From contig CBDBCZ010000019.1 of the NCBI GenBank assembly GCA_965203295.1, forward strand, positions 1,344,001-1,408,000: a stretch of DNA of 64,000 nt, given 5' to 3'. Of this stretch, positions 41,273 through 52,198 are shown piece by piece. The first letter of the stretch is position 1. The number at the start of each line of letters is the position of its first letter. The DNA is from Nitrospirales bacterium (lineage in GTDB: Bacteria; Nitrospirota; Nitrospiria; Nitrospirales; UBA8639). The position numbers and the translations under genes are program-made. Below the pieces are notes generated by a model, which had not been told where the DNA came from, made no database searches, and saw only the letters and a program-made list of their open reading frames with translations.

Positions 41273-43030
41273 ATGAGAACACATCATTGTGGGGAGTTGA
41301 CAAAAACGCATATTGGTCAAACGGTGACCTTGATGGGCTGGGTCCATGGTCGACGAGATCATGGTGGAGTCATCTTTATTGATCTTCGGGATCGTCAAGG
41401 GATTACTCAGATTGTTTTTGATACCGAACGTCAAGAAGCGGTTCACCAACAAGCCCACGTTCTTCGTACTGAGTTTGTTGTTGCTGTTACGGGGGTCGTC
41501 GCATTCCGTCCGGAAGAATCGAAAAATCCAGCGTTGTCGACAGGAGATATCGAGGTGGAGGTTGCTGAGCTAGAAATACTGAATGAATCCAAAACCCCTC
41601 CTTTTGTTATTGAAGACCAGGTTCAAGCTACTGAGACCTTGCGATTGAAATATCGATATTTGGACCTTCGTCGACCTCGGATGCAACAACTCCTCAGACT
41701 GCGTCATCAAGTGGCCTACAATGCACGGCAATTTTTACATGAACAGGGGTTTTTAGAAATCGACACACCGATTTTGACGAAGAGCACTCCAGAAGGAGCT
41801 CGAGATTACTTGATGCCTAGCCGTATGAGCCCAGGAGAATTCTTTGCCCTTCCTCAATCACCACAGCTATTTAAACAAATTCTCATGATCGGCGGAGCAG
41901 ACCGCTACTATCAAATCGCTCGGTGTTTTCGTGACGAAGATCTCCGAATGGATCGACAGCCAGAATTTACACAGATTGATGTAGAAATGTCCTTCAGTAA
42001 TCGAGAGACGATTCTCTCTTTAGTTGAAAGTCTCTTAAAGAAAATCTTTCAGGAGGCTGCTGGCATCACCTTGCCCACTCCGTTTCCGAGGCTCAGTTAC
42101 GACCAAGCCATGAATCAATATGGAACGGATAAGCCAGACCGGCGTTTCGACCTTCGACTTCAGAATCTTTGCGAGTTCGCTCAACATGCGCAATTTAAGG
42201 TCTTTCAGGATGCCGTGACGAAGGGTGGGATCGTGATGGGGCTGGTCGTCAAAGAGGGAGCCAGTATTTCTCGAAGCAAGATTGATGGCCTGATTGAAAT
42301 AGTCAAAGGGTTTGGAGCGAAAGGCTTAGCCTGGGTTAAAATTGTTGCTGAGGGGCGACTCGATTCAGCCATCGCTAAATACCTGGATTCAGAAGCCCTC
42401 AAAAAAGCACTCCCAGAAGCTGGCCCAGGAGATTTAGTTCTTTTTGTGGCCGATCAAGCAAAGATTGCGTATGATGTCTTGGGCCGCCTCCGATTGCATT
42501 TAGGGGAAGAATTACAGCTCATTCATCAAGAGAAATGGGAACCGTTGTGGGTCATTGATTTTCCTCTTCTGGAATATGACTCTGAGACTCAGCGATATGT
42601 CGCCCTCCATCATCCGTTTACAGCTCCCCGTGATGAAGACGTCCAATTCCTACAGCATAATCCCCTTCAGGTGCGGGCCCAAGCCTATGACCTTGTGTTG
42701 AATGGGTTTGAATTGGGTGGAGGAAGTATCAGGATTCATCGTGGAGAGATTCAAAAACAGGTTTTTGAATTGTTAGGGATCAATAAAGAGGCCGCAAAAG
42801 AAAAATTTGGATTTTTACTTGAAGCTTTGGATTACGGAGCGCCGCCTCATGGGGGGATTGCCATAGGACTTGATCGCCTTGTGATGTTACTTGGGGGGAC
42901 CGAGTCTATTCGGGATGTCATTGCCTTCCCCAAGACCCAAAAAGCTCAATGTTTGTTGACAGAAGCTCCTTCCTCAGTGAGTCCAGAACAATTGAAAGAG
43001 CTCAGGATTAAACTTGATCGGGAAGTATGA
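41273..43030 (+). CDS. aspS: Aspartate--tRNA ligase (likely non-discriminating)
   Basis: MRTHHCG, RRDHGGVIFIDLRD, LPQSPQLFKQ, PPHGGIAIGLDR. Confidence 0.98.
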   Translation: MRTHHCGELTKTHIGQTVTLMGWVHGRRDHGGVIFIDLRDRQGITQIVFDTERQEAVHQQAHVLRTEFVVAVTGVVAFRPEESKNPALSTGDIEVEVAELEILNESKTPPFVIEDQVQATETLRLKYRYLDLRRPRMQQLLRLRHQVAYNARQFLHEQGFLEIDTPILTKSTPEGARDYLMPSRMSPGEFFALPQSPQLFKQILMIGGADRYYQIARCFRDEDLRMDRQPEFTQIDVEMSFSNRETILSLVESLLKKIFQEAAGITLPTPFPRLSYDQAMNQYGTDKPDRRFDLRLQNLCEFAQHAQFKVFQDAVTKGGIVMGLVVKEGASISRSKIDGLIEIVKGFGAKGLAWVKIVAEGRLDSAIAKYLDSEALKKALPEAGPGDLVLFVADQAKIAYDVLGRLRLHLGEELQLIHQEKWEPLWVIDFPLLEYDSETQRYVALHHPFTAPRDEDVQFLQHNPLQVRAQAYDLVLNGFELGGGSIRIHRGEIQKQVFELLGINKEAAKEKFGFLLEALDYGAPPHGGIAIGLDRLVMLLGGTESIRDVIAFPKTQKAQCLLTEAPSSVSPEQLKELRIKLDREV

Positions 43031-43086
43031 CAGGCAGTTGAAGACGTTCACCGTTTTGGGAAAATCTGCTGACTGTGCTAGAGGAA

Positions 43087-44118
43087 TCAAGCTAAGCGGG
43101 AATCCACGACAATGGTGTGAAGTCCTGTGGCACCAGAAGGTTGTGGGCGTGTGATTTCGGATGTTTGGACCTTGCCTGTCACGTCGGTGGCTCGAACGGC
43201 CACCATGGTTTTCCCAGATTCTTTTAGGCGCAGATAGTAATTCCAGATCACCCAAGAATATGGGGACTGAGGTGGTTCAATTTGAGCCTCTTGCCAGGTT
43301 TTCTCTCCATCAAAACTTAACTCTACGCGACGAATACTATGCGGTCCTCCAAAGGCAATCCCTCGAAGATGGATATCTGGCCCGCGAATTGATTGGTAAT
43401 GACCGGGACTGTCAATCCGCGAAAAGATTTTAATGGTTCCATCATCAGTCCATCCCTTGCGTTGCCAGTAACCTTTGTAATCGCCGCCATAGACTTCAAT
43501 CTCAACGATCCATTTGACGTTTTTAATTCCATAGAGTCCTGGGACAAGGAGACGAAGAGGGAAACCGTGTTCTTTGGGAAGCTTTTCGCCGTTCATCAGG
43601 TAGGCGAGCATTACGTCATCTTGCATCGCCCGGGGAAATGGTATGCTGTCATCGTAGCCATCAGATCCGCGAAAGACGACGTCCCGAGCTGTTTCTTGGT
43701 CAGCTCCGGCTTCTTTTAGCAAGGCTTTGAGAGAAACGCCTCGCCAAATGGCGTTCCCCAAACTTGATCCACCCGGAAGGGTATCAATGCACATTAAGGT
43801 GGACACCTGATCAAATGAAGGCCTATTCAAGATATCACGCCAGCTCAGAGACATTCGTTGGTTGACCTCTCCCTTGATGAGTAAACGCCATTGTTCTTGA
43901 TCCAAATTGCGTGTCAGGTTATAGGGGGAATCCATATAATTGACGACGTAAAATTTGTCATTCGGTGTAAAATACACCGTGTCCCGTGGAGGAACAGCAA
44001 ACATGCTTCCCAAATCACATCCGAGCGTCAAACTGCTCAATCCGGAGAGCGCACCCAGTCCACTAAGCTTTAATAATGCACGTCGTGACAGATCTATGAA
44101 GATAACGTGTTCTCTCAA
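43087..44118 (-). CDS. Tat-exported sulfite oxidase-family molybdoenzyme (start uncertain)
   Basis: SRRALLK twin-Arg, TLMCID Mo-ligand Cys, EHGFPLRLLVPGLYGIKNVKW, C-terminal Ig-like dimer domain. Confidence 0.88.
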   Translation of the reverse strand: MREHVIFIDLSRRALLKLSGLGALSGLSSLTLGCDLGSMFAVPPRDTVYFTPNDKFYVVNYMDSPYNLTRNLDQEQWRLLIKGEVNQRMSLSWRDILNRPSFDQVSTLMCIDTLPGGSSLGNAIWRGVSLKALLKEAGADQETARDVVFRGSDGYDDSIPFPRAMQDDVMLAYLMNGEKLPKEHGFPLRLLVPGLYGIKNVKWIVEIEVYGGDYKGYWQRKGWTDDGTIKIFSRIDSPGHYQSIRGPDIHLRGIAFGGPHSIRRVELSFDGEKTWQEAQIEPPQSPYSWVIWNYYLRLKESGKTMVAVRATDVTGKVQTSEITRPQPSGATGLHTIVVDSRLA

Positions 44119-44259
44119 ACAAAAGATGGTGTTCGTGAACGTTGTCTGGTTATTATGATATGAACATAGTCCACTCTGCAATATGTCAAGATAGCTCTGA
44201 ATTGAGTGAAGCTTACGCGTAAGCTGAGTCACTCGAGCCATGCGAATGAAAGGATAGAC

Positions 44260-45270
44260 ATGAGAATTTTAATTACAGGTGGAGCAGGATTTTTGGGGAG
44301 TCATTTATGTGAAGTCTTAGTACAGGACGGTCACGAAGTCATTTGCATGGATAATTTGGTGACAGGTCGCCCCGAAAACATTTCCCATCTGATGGGCCAC
44401 GAACGATTTAAATTTATTCATTATAATGTATGTGAATACATCCAAGTGGATGGGGACTTAGATGCGGTGATGCATCTCGCCTCTCCAGCCAGTCCTGCCG
44501 ATTATCTAGAACTGCCCATTGCCACTTTGAAAGTGGGGGCCTTGGGAACTCACAAAGCACTCGGTGTCGCCAGATTGAAACGGGCACGATTTCTGCTTGC
44601 CAGTACGTCCGAAGTGTATGGCGATCCGTTAGTCAATCCACAACCAGAATCCTATTGGGGGAACGTGAACTCATTAAGTCCTCGGGGTGTCTATGATGAA
44701 GCGAAGCGGTTTGCTGAAGCGCTGACCATGGCCTACCATCGCTTCCATGGGCTGGATACACGGATCGTCAGAATTTTCAATACCTATGGTCCCAAAATGC
44801 GAGTGCATGATGGACGGGTTGTCTCAAATTTTATTGTCCAAGCCCTACAAGGAAAGCCTCTGACGGTGTATGGGGATGGGGCGCAGACGAGGAGTTTTTG
44901 TTATGTGGATGATCTGATTCGGGGGATTGTAGCCTTGCTGATGGCATCACCTGACCCTAAAATCGATGATCCTCAATATCTTGCGGACGTCCGTTTGGGG
45001 AAGGAAGAAGGGGATTCCGAGAGTATTCATTATCCGGTGAATATTGGAAACCCAAATGAGCTTACGGTGTTGGGGATTGCGAAAAAGGTTGTCGATATCG
45101 TGAATTCGACGAGTGCTATAGAACATCATCCACTTCCAGTGGATGATCCTAAAGTACGTCGACCGGATATTGCCCGTGCTCAGCAACTATTTGGGTGGAC
45201 CCCCCAGGTAGGATTAGAAGAAGGTTTGAAACTGACCATCAAGTACTTCAAGCAAATTCTGAACGCATAG
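44260..45270 (+). CDS. UDP-glucuronate decarboxylase-like extended SDR
   Basis: [50 protein letters not shown]. Confidence 0.9.
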   Translation: MRILITGGAGFLGSHLCEVLVQDGHEVICMDNLVTGRPENISHLMGHERFKFIHYNVCEYIQVDGDLDAVMHLASPASPADYLELPIATLKVGALGTHKALGVARLKRARFLLASTSEVYGDPLVNPQPESYWGNVNSLSPRGVYDEAKRFAEALTMAYHRFHGLDTRIVRIFNTYGPKMRVHDGRVVSNFIVQALQGKPLTVYGDGAQTRSFCYVDDLIRGIVALLMASPDPKIDDPQYLADVRLGKEEGDSESIHYPVNIGNPNELTVLGIAKKVVDIVNSTSAIEHHPLPVDDPKVRRPDIARAQQLFGWTPQVGLEEGLKLTIKYFKQILNA

Positions 45271-45369
45271 AGCTCTTCTCCGTCCTTAGCGTCTCCTCAC
45301 ATTCCAAGTAACCACTTCCCCTGGTCAGCCTGGGAGGCGATGCTCTATTCATATCGCTAGACAGCTGCC

Positions 45370-46866
45370 CTAAACGTTAGGAGTGTTTTCCGCCAAATGT
45401 GAGCGGACTTCTGTGAGGTATGTTTTGAAGGGATTCGCCATAAGGAATGGAGGCTGACCACGGAGTTGGAAGATTGACCAATTGATCACGTAATGAGGAA
45501 AGTGGCGTTCTTGTTGCGTTGGATCTGGAGGCTCGTGGTTCCCATCAGTTTCCACAAGATATTTTACCAATTCACCACGCCCGAAGGCCCGGGTATTGCG
45601 TGGAGGGTTCCGCATCGCCAAATCGACAACAGTATTTGTTGTCACTCTTGGTGCCTTCCCTTCCTCTTGTAAGCCGAAAAATAACCCACTCTCTGGATTC
45701 AAGTTGTGATATTCAAGGTCAAGACTTCGAAGCCAGGGGTGTTCCCATTCAAGATGTTCTTCTCCCTTGAATGTTTTGAGAAGCCAAAGTTTTGAAGCCC
45801 AATCAACCCGGCCGACTAACGTGGTGTGATCTCCACGGAGATCCCGCAAGACCGACTCCCATTGCTCGAGAACCCAGTCAGTCTCTTCATCTTGTCCAGA
45901 GCAGTGATCTTGTGATGCCTTGAGGTAAAGTTCTTGAACATCAATTGCCGAAAGGGACTTTCCCGTAGCAAGTGTGACGACCCATTCTCGAGTCGGATCA
46001 CGTGAAATTTGGCGGAGGACATCCACGGGTTCATCAAAGTCTAGTCCTTGAGGGACATGTCCTTCTTCAATCAGTTGGAGAATGAGCCCAGTGGTTCCAA
46101 GTTTTAAGGCGGTGGCATATTCCGCCATGTTGGAATCTCCCAGGAGGAGGTGAATCCTGCGAAATTTATTCGGATCGGCTAAGGGTTCATCTCGCGTATT
46201 CACGATGGCCCGATTGTGTTGGACCCATTCAAAAAAATCGTTCACGATGTGATCAGCGCGTTGTGAGAGTTGAAATGGCACAGTCAATTGTTCAGATGCG
46301 TTCCGTACTCCCTGGTTCGTTCTGCCGAACTGTTCTAGAGGAATCCAACCATCGTCCGGATCCGCTGCGCCAATTCGTCCGGTACCGGTAAATATTTGTC
46401 GAGTGACCAGGAAAGGAATGAGTTGAGCCAGCCCCTTCAAGGTGAAAGGGAATTTCTTAGAAACGCAATAATTTTCATGTGAGCCGAATGTCGCATCGGT
46501 TTCATGATCAATATTGTTTTTGATCAAAGAAACACGGTCCTCTACTCCGAGATCGACCAAAGCATCTTGGATCAATTGGTCTCCTGCACGATCGGAGGCA
46601 ACTAAATCGGTGAACGTTTGGCATTCTGGAGTCGCAAATTCGATATGGCCCATATCTACATACATGCGCCCGGCGTTGAGAAGGAAACCACCATTTCCAG
46701 GCGGTTCATCGTAACCTCGATAATGCTGATCCAATACCCCTAATCGTTGAACATGAAACACGTGGTCGATAATCCGGCGAGCGAGCCATGACGGCGATTG
46801 ATCTGGATCATCGCTATTGATCAAAAGCCCGTATTCAGTTTCCAGACCGAAAATGTGATTCAACAT
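45370..46866 (-). CDS. pafA: Pup/UBact--protein ligase PafA; open frame intact
   Basis: IFGLETEYG, FLLNAGRMYVDMGHIEFATPEC, GSHENY, LSQRA, NTRDEPLAD, RRIHLLLGDSN, PPRNTRA. Confidence 0.9.
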   Translation of the reverse strand: MLNHIFGLETEYGLLINSDDPDQSPSWLARRIIDHVFHVQRLGVLDQHYRGYDEPPGNGGFLLNAGRMYVDMGHIEFATPECQTFTDLVASDRAGDQLIQDALVDLGVEDRVSLIKNNIDHETDATFGSHENYCVSKKFPFTLKGLAQLIPFLVTRQIFTGTGRIGAADPDDGWIPLEQFGRTNQGVRNASEQLTVPFQLSQRADHIVNDFFEWVQHNRAIVNTRDEPLADPNKFRRIHLLLGDSNMAEYATALKLGTTGLILQLIEEGHVPQGLDFDEPVDVLRQISRDPTREWVVTLATGKSLSAIDVQELYLKASQDHCSGQDEETDWVLEQWESVLRDLRGDHTTLVGRVDWASKLWLLKTFKGEEHLEWEHPWLRSLDLEYHNLNPESGLFFGLQEEGKAPRVTTNTVVDLAMRNPPRNTRAFGRGELVKYLVETDGNHEPPDPTQQERHFPHYVINWSIFQLRGQPPFLMANPFKTYLTEVRSHLAENTPNV

Positions 46867-46896
46867 GGGGAGGACATCAGAATAGCTCTGGCAGGA

Positions 46897-47724
46897 TTAC
46901 AGGACTTGTTGTAGATGAGGAGAAAGGCTAGACAAGGCTTCCTCTCGGGTTAGGGATCGGTATTTTGAGCAACCAGGAATTGTACGATCCAGTACGGCAC
47001 ATTCCAGAAACTTATCAGTCTTGATATGGTTCAAGTGTTGGGTGATTTGGTCTTCTTTGGGGAATTCTCCATTCGAGGAAGTCTGTGGCGTGCCATCGCT
47101 TTCTTCGTTGTCTTGAACCTCTTGCTCTCTTTCTTGGCGAAGGGCTCCCACGCACCATGTTCGGATGGCGATCTCTAGGGCGGCGTGAAGGGTTGAACAA
47201 GGTTGGGAATGACATTGTTTCACATAGGAGGCCATGTGGTCTTGGACTCCAGGTGTGGCGGCAATCATCGCGACGCCCGTATGAAACTCTTCAAAGGCTC
47301 CATCATATTCAATGGTCACAAAGCGGTCTTGTTCCGATTTTTGGCCTAATTCGGCCAGTAGAATCTTTGAAATGAACGGCGCTTTAAATATTTCTTCGAA
47401 AGTCTGCTTCATAGTGGGGGCAAGGCCGTATTTGACTAAACGAGATCCTGTCACATCGGATGGGGATCGCTGGAATCCTTCCAAGTGTGCCATATCCAAA
47501 AGCTGAAACCGTAATTTTCCCAGGTCTGCAGGATGTCCGATACCACCCAGTCCAATACGATCATAAATTTCGTACAATTTGGGTGTGCCGCGGCTGAACG
47601 TCAGGAGTAAGATGCCATCGGGGTAGGAGATGGCGAGGACCGGACTGCCCAGACGAAATTGATCATCCAGGTATTGCCGGCGGTTGCTGACAGCTTCGAT
47701 CCAACGATAGGGTTCTTCATACAT
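46897..47724 (-). CDS. prcA: 20S proteasome alpha subunit
   Basis: MYEEPYRW, KLYEIYDRI, LECAVLDR; position within the operon. Confidence 0.88.
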   Translation of the reverse strand: MYEEPYRWIEAVSNRRQYLDDQFRLGSPVLAISYPDGILLLTFSRGTPKLYEIYDRIGLGGIGHPADLGKLRFQLLDMAHLEGFQRSPSDVTGSRLVKYGLAPTMKQTFEEIFKAPFISKILLAELGQKSEQDRFVTIEYDGAFEEFHTGVAMIAATPGVQDHMASYVKQCHSQPCSTLHAALEIAIRTWCVGALRQEREQEVQDNEESDGTPQTSSNGEFPKEDQITQHLNHIKTDKFLECAVLDRTIPGCSKYRSLTREEALSSLSPHLQQVL

Positions 47725-48514
47725 GGTGGAGGACCTGTGATTCGAAAACAGTTTTCAATTTCTCTGTTGCGATTGTTTCTACTCCGTTCCCCGTAATGCG
47801 TTTCATAATAGGGTAGAGGTTGGCCTCATGGTTCACACCTCCTGTCGCGGAATCGAATTCTGCTGCACTGGCCAATAGACGCAAGATCACCGGGATAGCC
47901 TGTTCTTCTGAAAACGTTGAAAGCGGCTGTTCACCCCAATGATTGAGGTAGTCCACAATACCTCGGATAGTGGGTGAGCCTGAACCGGATACTGCGTGTT
48001 CAACCCCCTTAAACTCCGCTCCCAAAATGTCGTAGAAGAAAATTTTCCCACATTCTTGTTGTGGGTCGTATCCGGCAAACACGGGAGCGACTGCACCAGT
48101 TCAGGCCAAAGTGGCTGGCACGTTTTGCTTCAACAGATTCGAGAGGGCGCGGAGTTTTCCTTCAAAGGAGAGGTCCTGCAATTGACTTCGTCGATAGTAT
48201 TTAAATGAATGCTCTAATATTCTGGCCATCTCAAACGCTGTCGTTGGTACGCTGGCAATGGCCATCACACAGTATCGATCAATTTCTAGTACTTTATCTG
48301 TCCGATCGTACATTATGGTGTTTCCGGCTGTGGCGCGACGATCCCCGGCCACCAAGACCCCATCACGATATTTAAGGGCCAGCACAGTCGTCCCGCAGGT
48401 AATGGTCTGCAGTTGTGATTCATTGGTGAATGCCCCAGTTGGGTGGTTAGCCTCTACGTCAAATTGATGCCCATGTTCCTTGAGCAATTGTACAAAATCG
48501 CCCTGTCCGCCCAT
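47717..48514 (-). pseudogene. prcB: 20S proteasome beta subunit interrupted by an in-frame TGA (48101-48103)
   Basis: Propeptide-G|TTVLALKY, AGDRRAT and GSGS; reads in one frame as VPATLA*TGAVAPVFAGYD. Confidence 0.88.
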
Positions 48515-48519
48515 GGTGA

Positions 48520-48747
48520 TTATTCTCCTGTTCGTTGACGATAACGTTCTGCCTGCTTGGGGTCGACTTTTCGCATTCGCTTTAAAAGATTATCTTTTTC
48601 AGGGGAACCGGTATCCGGCCGCCTGGGGCCTCCACCTTCTTCAGTAGGGGATGGTGGACGAAGACCGGGATCAAGAGGCCGTTCTCGCCGTTCCAAGATA
48701 CTTTTCTTGAGGAATGTTTCGGCTCCCTCTATCTGTTTGAAATTCAT
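48520..48747 (-). CDS. ubact: UBact, Pup-like small protein modifier
   Basis: Disordered Pro/Gly-rich 75 aa ending LLKRMRKVDPKQAERYRQRTGE (R[T/S]G[E/Q] signature); lies between dop and prcB. Confidence 0.93.
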   Translation of the reverse strand: MNFKQIEGAETFLKKSILERRERPLDPGLRPPSPTEEGGGPRRPDTGSPEKDNLLKRMRKVDPKQAERYRQRTGE

Positions 48748-48793
48748 GTTCTCAACTCCTTCTCTCTAAAATCTATATTTGTGTTGAAATGAC

Positions 48794-50284
48794 TTAAGGG
48801 TCAGGGGCCTGTTCAATCGTTTGCCACATGGTTCGGATGTCGTCAGGGTCGAACAGGTTATCCATGTCGAAGTCAATGGATGTGAGCCTACCTTTAAACT
48901 GAATTCGTTCCCACTGAACTGACTGAATTTTGGAGCGAAATCGGGTGACGCAAAGCTCCCGAATGCCCCCCCGAGTATCTCTAGGGCCGTTGTGAATGGC
49001 ATCTTCAATCATTCGGTCATGACACATTCGTCTGGTCTTCCCTTCGGCCTCCAGTCCTAGAAACAATCCACGATCGGGATTGATATTATGATACTCGAGA
49101 TCCAGGCTGGCTAGCCAGGGGTCTGTCCATTCCAATCGCTCTTCTTGAATAAAGGTTTCCAATAACCATTGTTTGGTGACCCAATCGATCGAACCGATAA
49201 GGGCGACTTTGTTGTGGGTAAGTAGCTCTAAGACATCGGCCCATTCTTTCAAGATCCAATCGGTTTCCTTGTCTAGTCCCTGAAAGGTTTTTTGGGCACG
49301 CTCAAGATACAGTCTTTGGATATCGAGTCCTGATATGGTGCCGTGCGGTTGGCAGGTCACGACCGTTTTAAGATACGGATCTTTCGAGAGAGCCTTTATG
49401 GCAGCAACGGGATTCTCAATTTTAAGGTCAGGACTCACTTGATGTTGAATCAAGTCCAAGACCACGCGCGTCGTGCCAATCTTGAGCACAGTGGAATACT
49501 CACACATATTCGCGTCGCCGACAATTAGATGAAGTCGTCAGAATTTAGTTTTATCAGCATGGGGTTCATCACGGGTATTCAAAATTGGCCGGTTATGCAT
49601 GGTATCGACGCTCAATTCCGTTTCCATAAAATCAGCCCGTTGAGAAAGTTGGAACCCTTCCGGTTGATAAGAATGATCTTGTGCTTCGATTCCAACTTTG
49701 CCTGCTCCAGCGATGATTTGACGGGTGACTAAAAAGGGAAGAAGCCCCTTCACCAATTGTTCGAAGGGAATGGATCGGGCTACGAGATAATTATCGTGGC
49801 ATCCATAACTGTACCCATGGAAGTCGGTATTGTTCTTGTAAAGTTGGACAGTATCGTCCTTCACCATGGCGTTTCGCCGGTTTGCGGCGAATTGAAGAAT
49901 GCGTTCCCCAGCTCGGTCATGGGCTACAAGGTCAACAAGTGAACGACATTCCGGAGTAGAGTATTCGGGGTGTGTATGATCATTGTAAAAACGCACGCCA
50001 TTCCGTAGAACTAAATCACTTTTCATTTCATAAAAAGAAAACGGACGAAGCGAATCTCGTTCGGCAAATTGTTCTTCTTCCCCATCCTGTTGCAGGGCTG
50101 AGACTCGAAACCCACGTTGGTCCTTATGCGGGTCTTCGCTCCGATAATCCCATGATTGTTGAAAGGGTTCAGTAGCATAGGCCCGGACTAATTCCATAGA
50201 CTCCACCACGGGATCCATGTTCTTCAGGTTTTCCCGGGTGATACCATACTCGGTCTCGAGGCCAAATAGTCTGGGGAAGGACAT
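48794..50284 (-). pseudogene. dop: Dop (deamidase/depupylase, PafA2) interrupted by an in-frame TGA (49538-49540)
   Basis: FGLETEYGI, WDY..EDP..D.RGF, FYNDHTHPEYSTPE, LYKNN; reads in one frame as DEPHADKTKF*RLHLIVGDANMCE. Confidence 0.88.
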
Positions 50285-50296
50285 GAGGGTGGGTGG

Positions 50297-52046
50297 TTAG
50301 ATAATCGTACGAAGGGGCAGTTCTTCTTCCATGCGTCCCTTGCGACATGAGGAAATGCCGATGACTTGATCGGGGTGGTGGTCTAGCAATTTTAGCCATT
50401 CTTCTGCAGAGTCATCGGGGGGCAAAATTTCTCCTTCGAGATATTCTTCTTTAATCGAGGAAACCAAGTCATCAAGAGAGATCCCGCTCCCTGTCTCATG
50501 TATCGTTCGGTCAATAGCCTTTTCCTTGGCGCGATGAACGATAGACGCCAGGATGGCACCATTGAGGAGATTGCTGCGATATAGCGTCTCTCGTTTCCCA
50601 TTCCGAAGGCGGATGGATAAGACTCGTGATTCATCCGATCGACGAAAAAGATGATCAACTATGAGATCAACAAGGGCATGACACGTTGCCTGCCGGTCAT
50701 GGCTGTGAGAATTCAGAAGTTTTTCATCAAAGGGTAGGTCCGGACGCAAGTAAATACGGATGATGCTCGCGGCTTCCTCTCGATCAGGACGTCTGACTTT
50801 AATTTTTCGGTCAATCCGTCCTGGACGTAAGACTGCCGGGTCAATCAGGTCAGGCCGGTTTGAAGCAAGAATCACAACGACGTCCCGTAATGACTCAATG
50901 CCATCAAGCTCAGCACAAAACATTGGAACGAGAGTATTGGAAATGTTGTATGACCGAAGGGCCCGACGTGTTCCTAAGATGGATTCGGCTTCATCGATGA
51001 AAATAAAAGGAAGGAATCCTGCCTTTCGTTTCTGTTTGGCCTGAGTGAAGAGGTCTCGGATTATGCGTTCCGATTCACCTACCCACATGTTGAGCACTTC
51101 TGGCCCTTTGATGTGGAGAAAGGCTCCGCCGGAGATCGAGGGGAGTCCAGGCTTATTGTGTTGAGCGTGCGTAGCTTGGTCTGTGGGGTGTTGTGAAGCA
51201 AGTTGCGCCAGACTGTGAGCAGTCGCTTGACCGATTAAGGTTTTACCAAATCCTGGAGGACCATATAAGAGAAAGCCTTTGGGTTGTGTAAATTTAAATT
51301 CTTCATAGGTCGTCACGTGAAGAAGGGGATATTCAATGGCTTTCCTGATGGATTCAATGGCCTTCTCTTGCCCCCCGATCTGTTCCCAAGTGATTGGGGG
51401 AGTGTCATCAAGCAGATTGGAAGCGGATTGTGACTGCGGCACACGTTCAATCACAATGCGGTGGCTTGGATCAACGCGGACTTCATCCCCAGGGTTCAGT
51501 TCGATATTGATGAGGTCAGTGCCTCTCTGTAAGACCAGCCCTTGACGTCTTGGTTCTTGGTCAATACGAATCCGTCCATCTTCCAAGGCTTCTTTGACTC
51601 TGACGATTGGACCATTATGATCATAGCCCAGGGTATTAATGACAACATAGGCCTCGTTCACTAAAATTTGTTCACCAACCTTAAGATCGGCCTGAATTAA
51701 CCGAAGGGTCGATACTCGCATAAAACTCGCCGCCACCCACCAAGATTCTTGCGATTCCCTCATCCGGACAATCTAGCAGCGTCCCAATTCTATTGGCTGG
51801 AGCCGTGAGCTTTTCAACGACAGAATGGAGTTTTTTGAGTTCGGCCTCGCGCTGCTGATGCAGAGCCCCATCTTGTAAGATGAGATGGCGAATGCGATAG
51901 AGGAGCTTCTGTTGAGACGCATCTTCGGGAAGAGTGGACAACCATTCATCGAGTAAAACCAAGGGGTTGTGAGAGGATGTCGGTGAGGAATCCTTGGGAT
52001 GTGATGTTATATCTTCTGGCGTCTGGTCTGGTCGATGGTTGCTCAC
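50297..52046 (-). pseudogene. arc: Proteasome-associated AAA ATPase ARC/Mpa, frameshifted near 51704
   Basis: N-terminal coiled coil (KLTAPANRIG) in one frame; OB domain, GPPGFGKT, IFIDE and RPGRIDRK in another; removing one T gives SIDPRLIQADLKVGE. Confidence 0.87.
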
Positions 52047-52198
52047 ATCATTTATCGTGAAATCAAAGATATCTGATTATATCCCATATTCGATGTATTA
52101 ACACAGATGTGCAGGGAAAAAAGAGAAATTGTTTCTCGTTTGTTCGACAAAGGGAACGGCCAGATTTATTGTAAGAGGCAATATCCGCGCTGCCAGTT

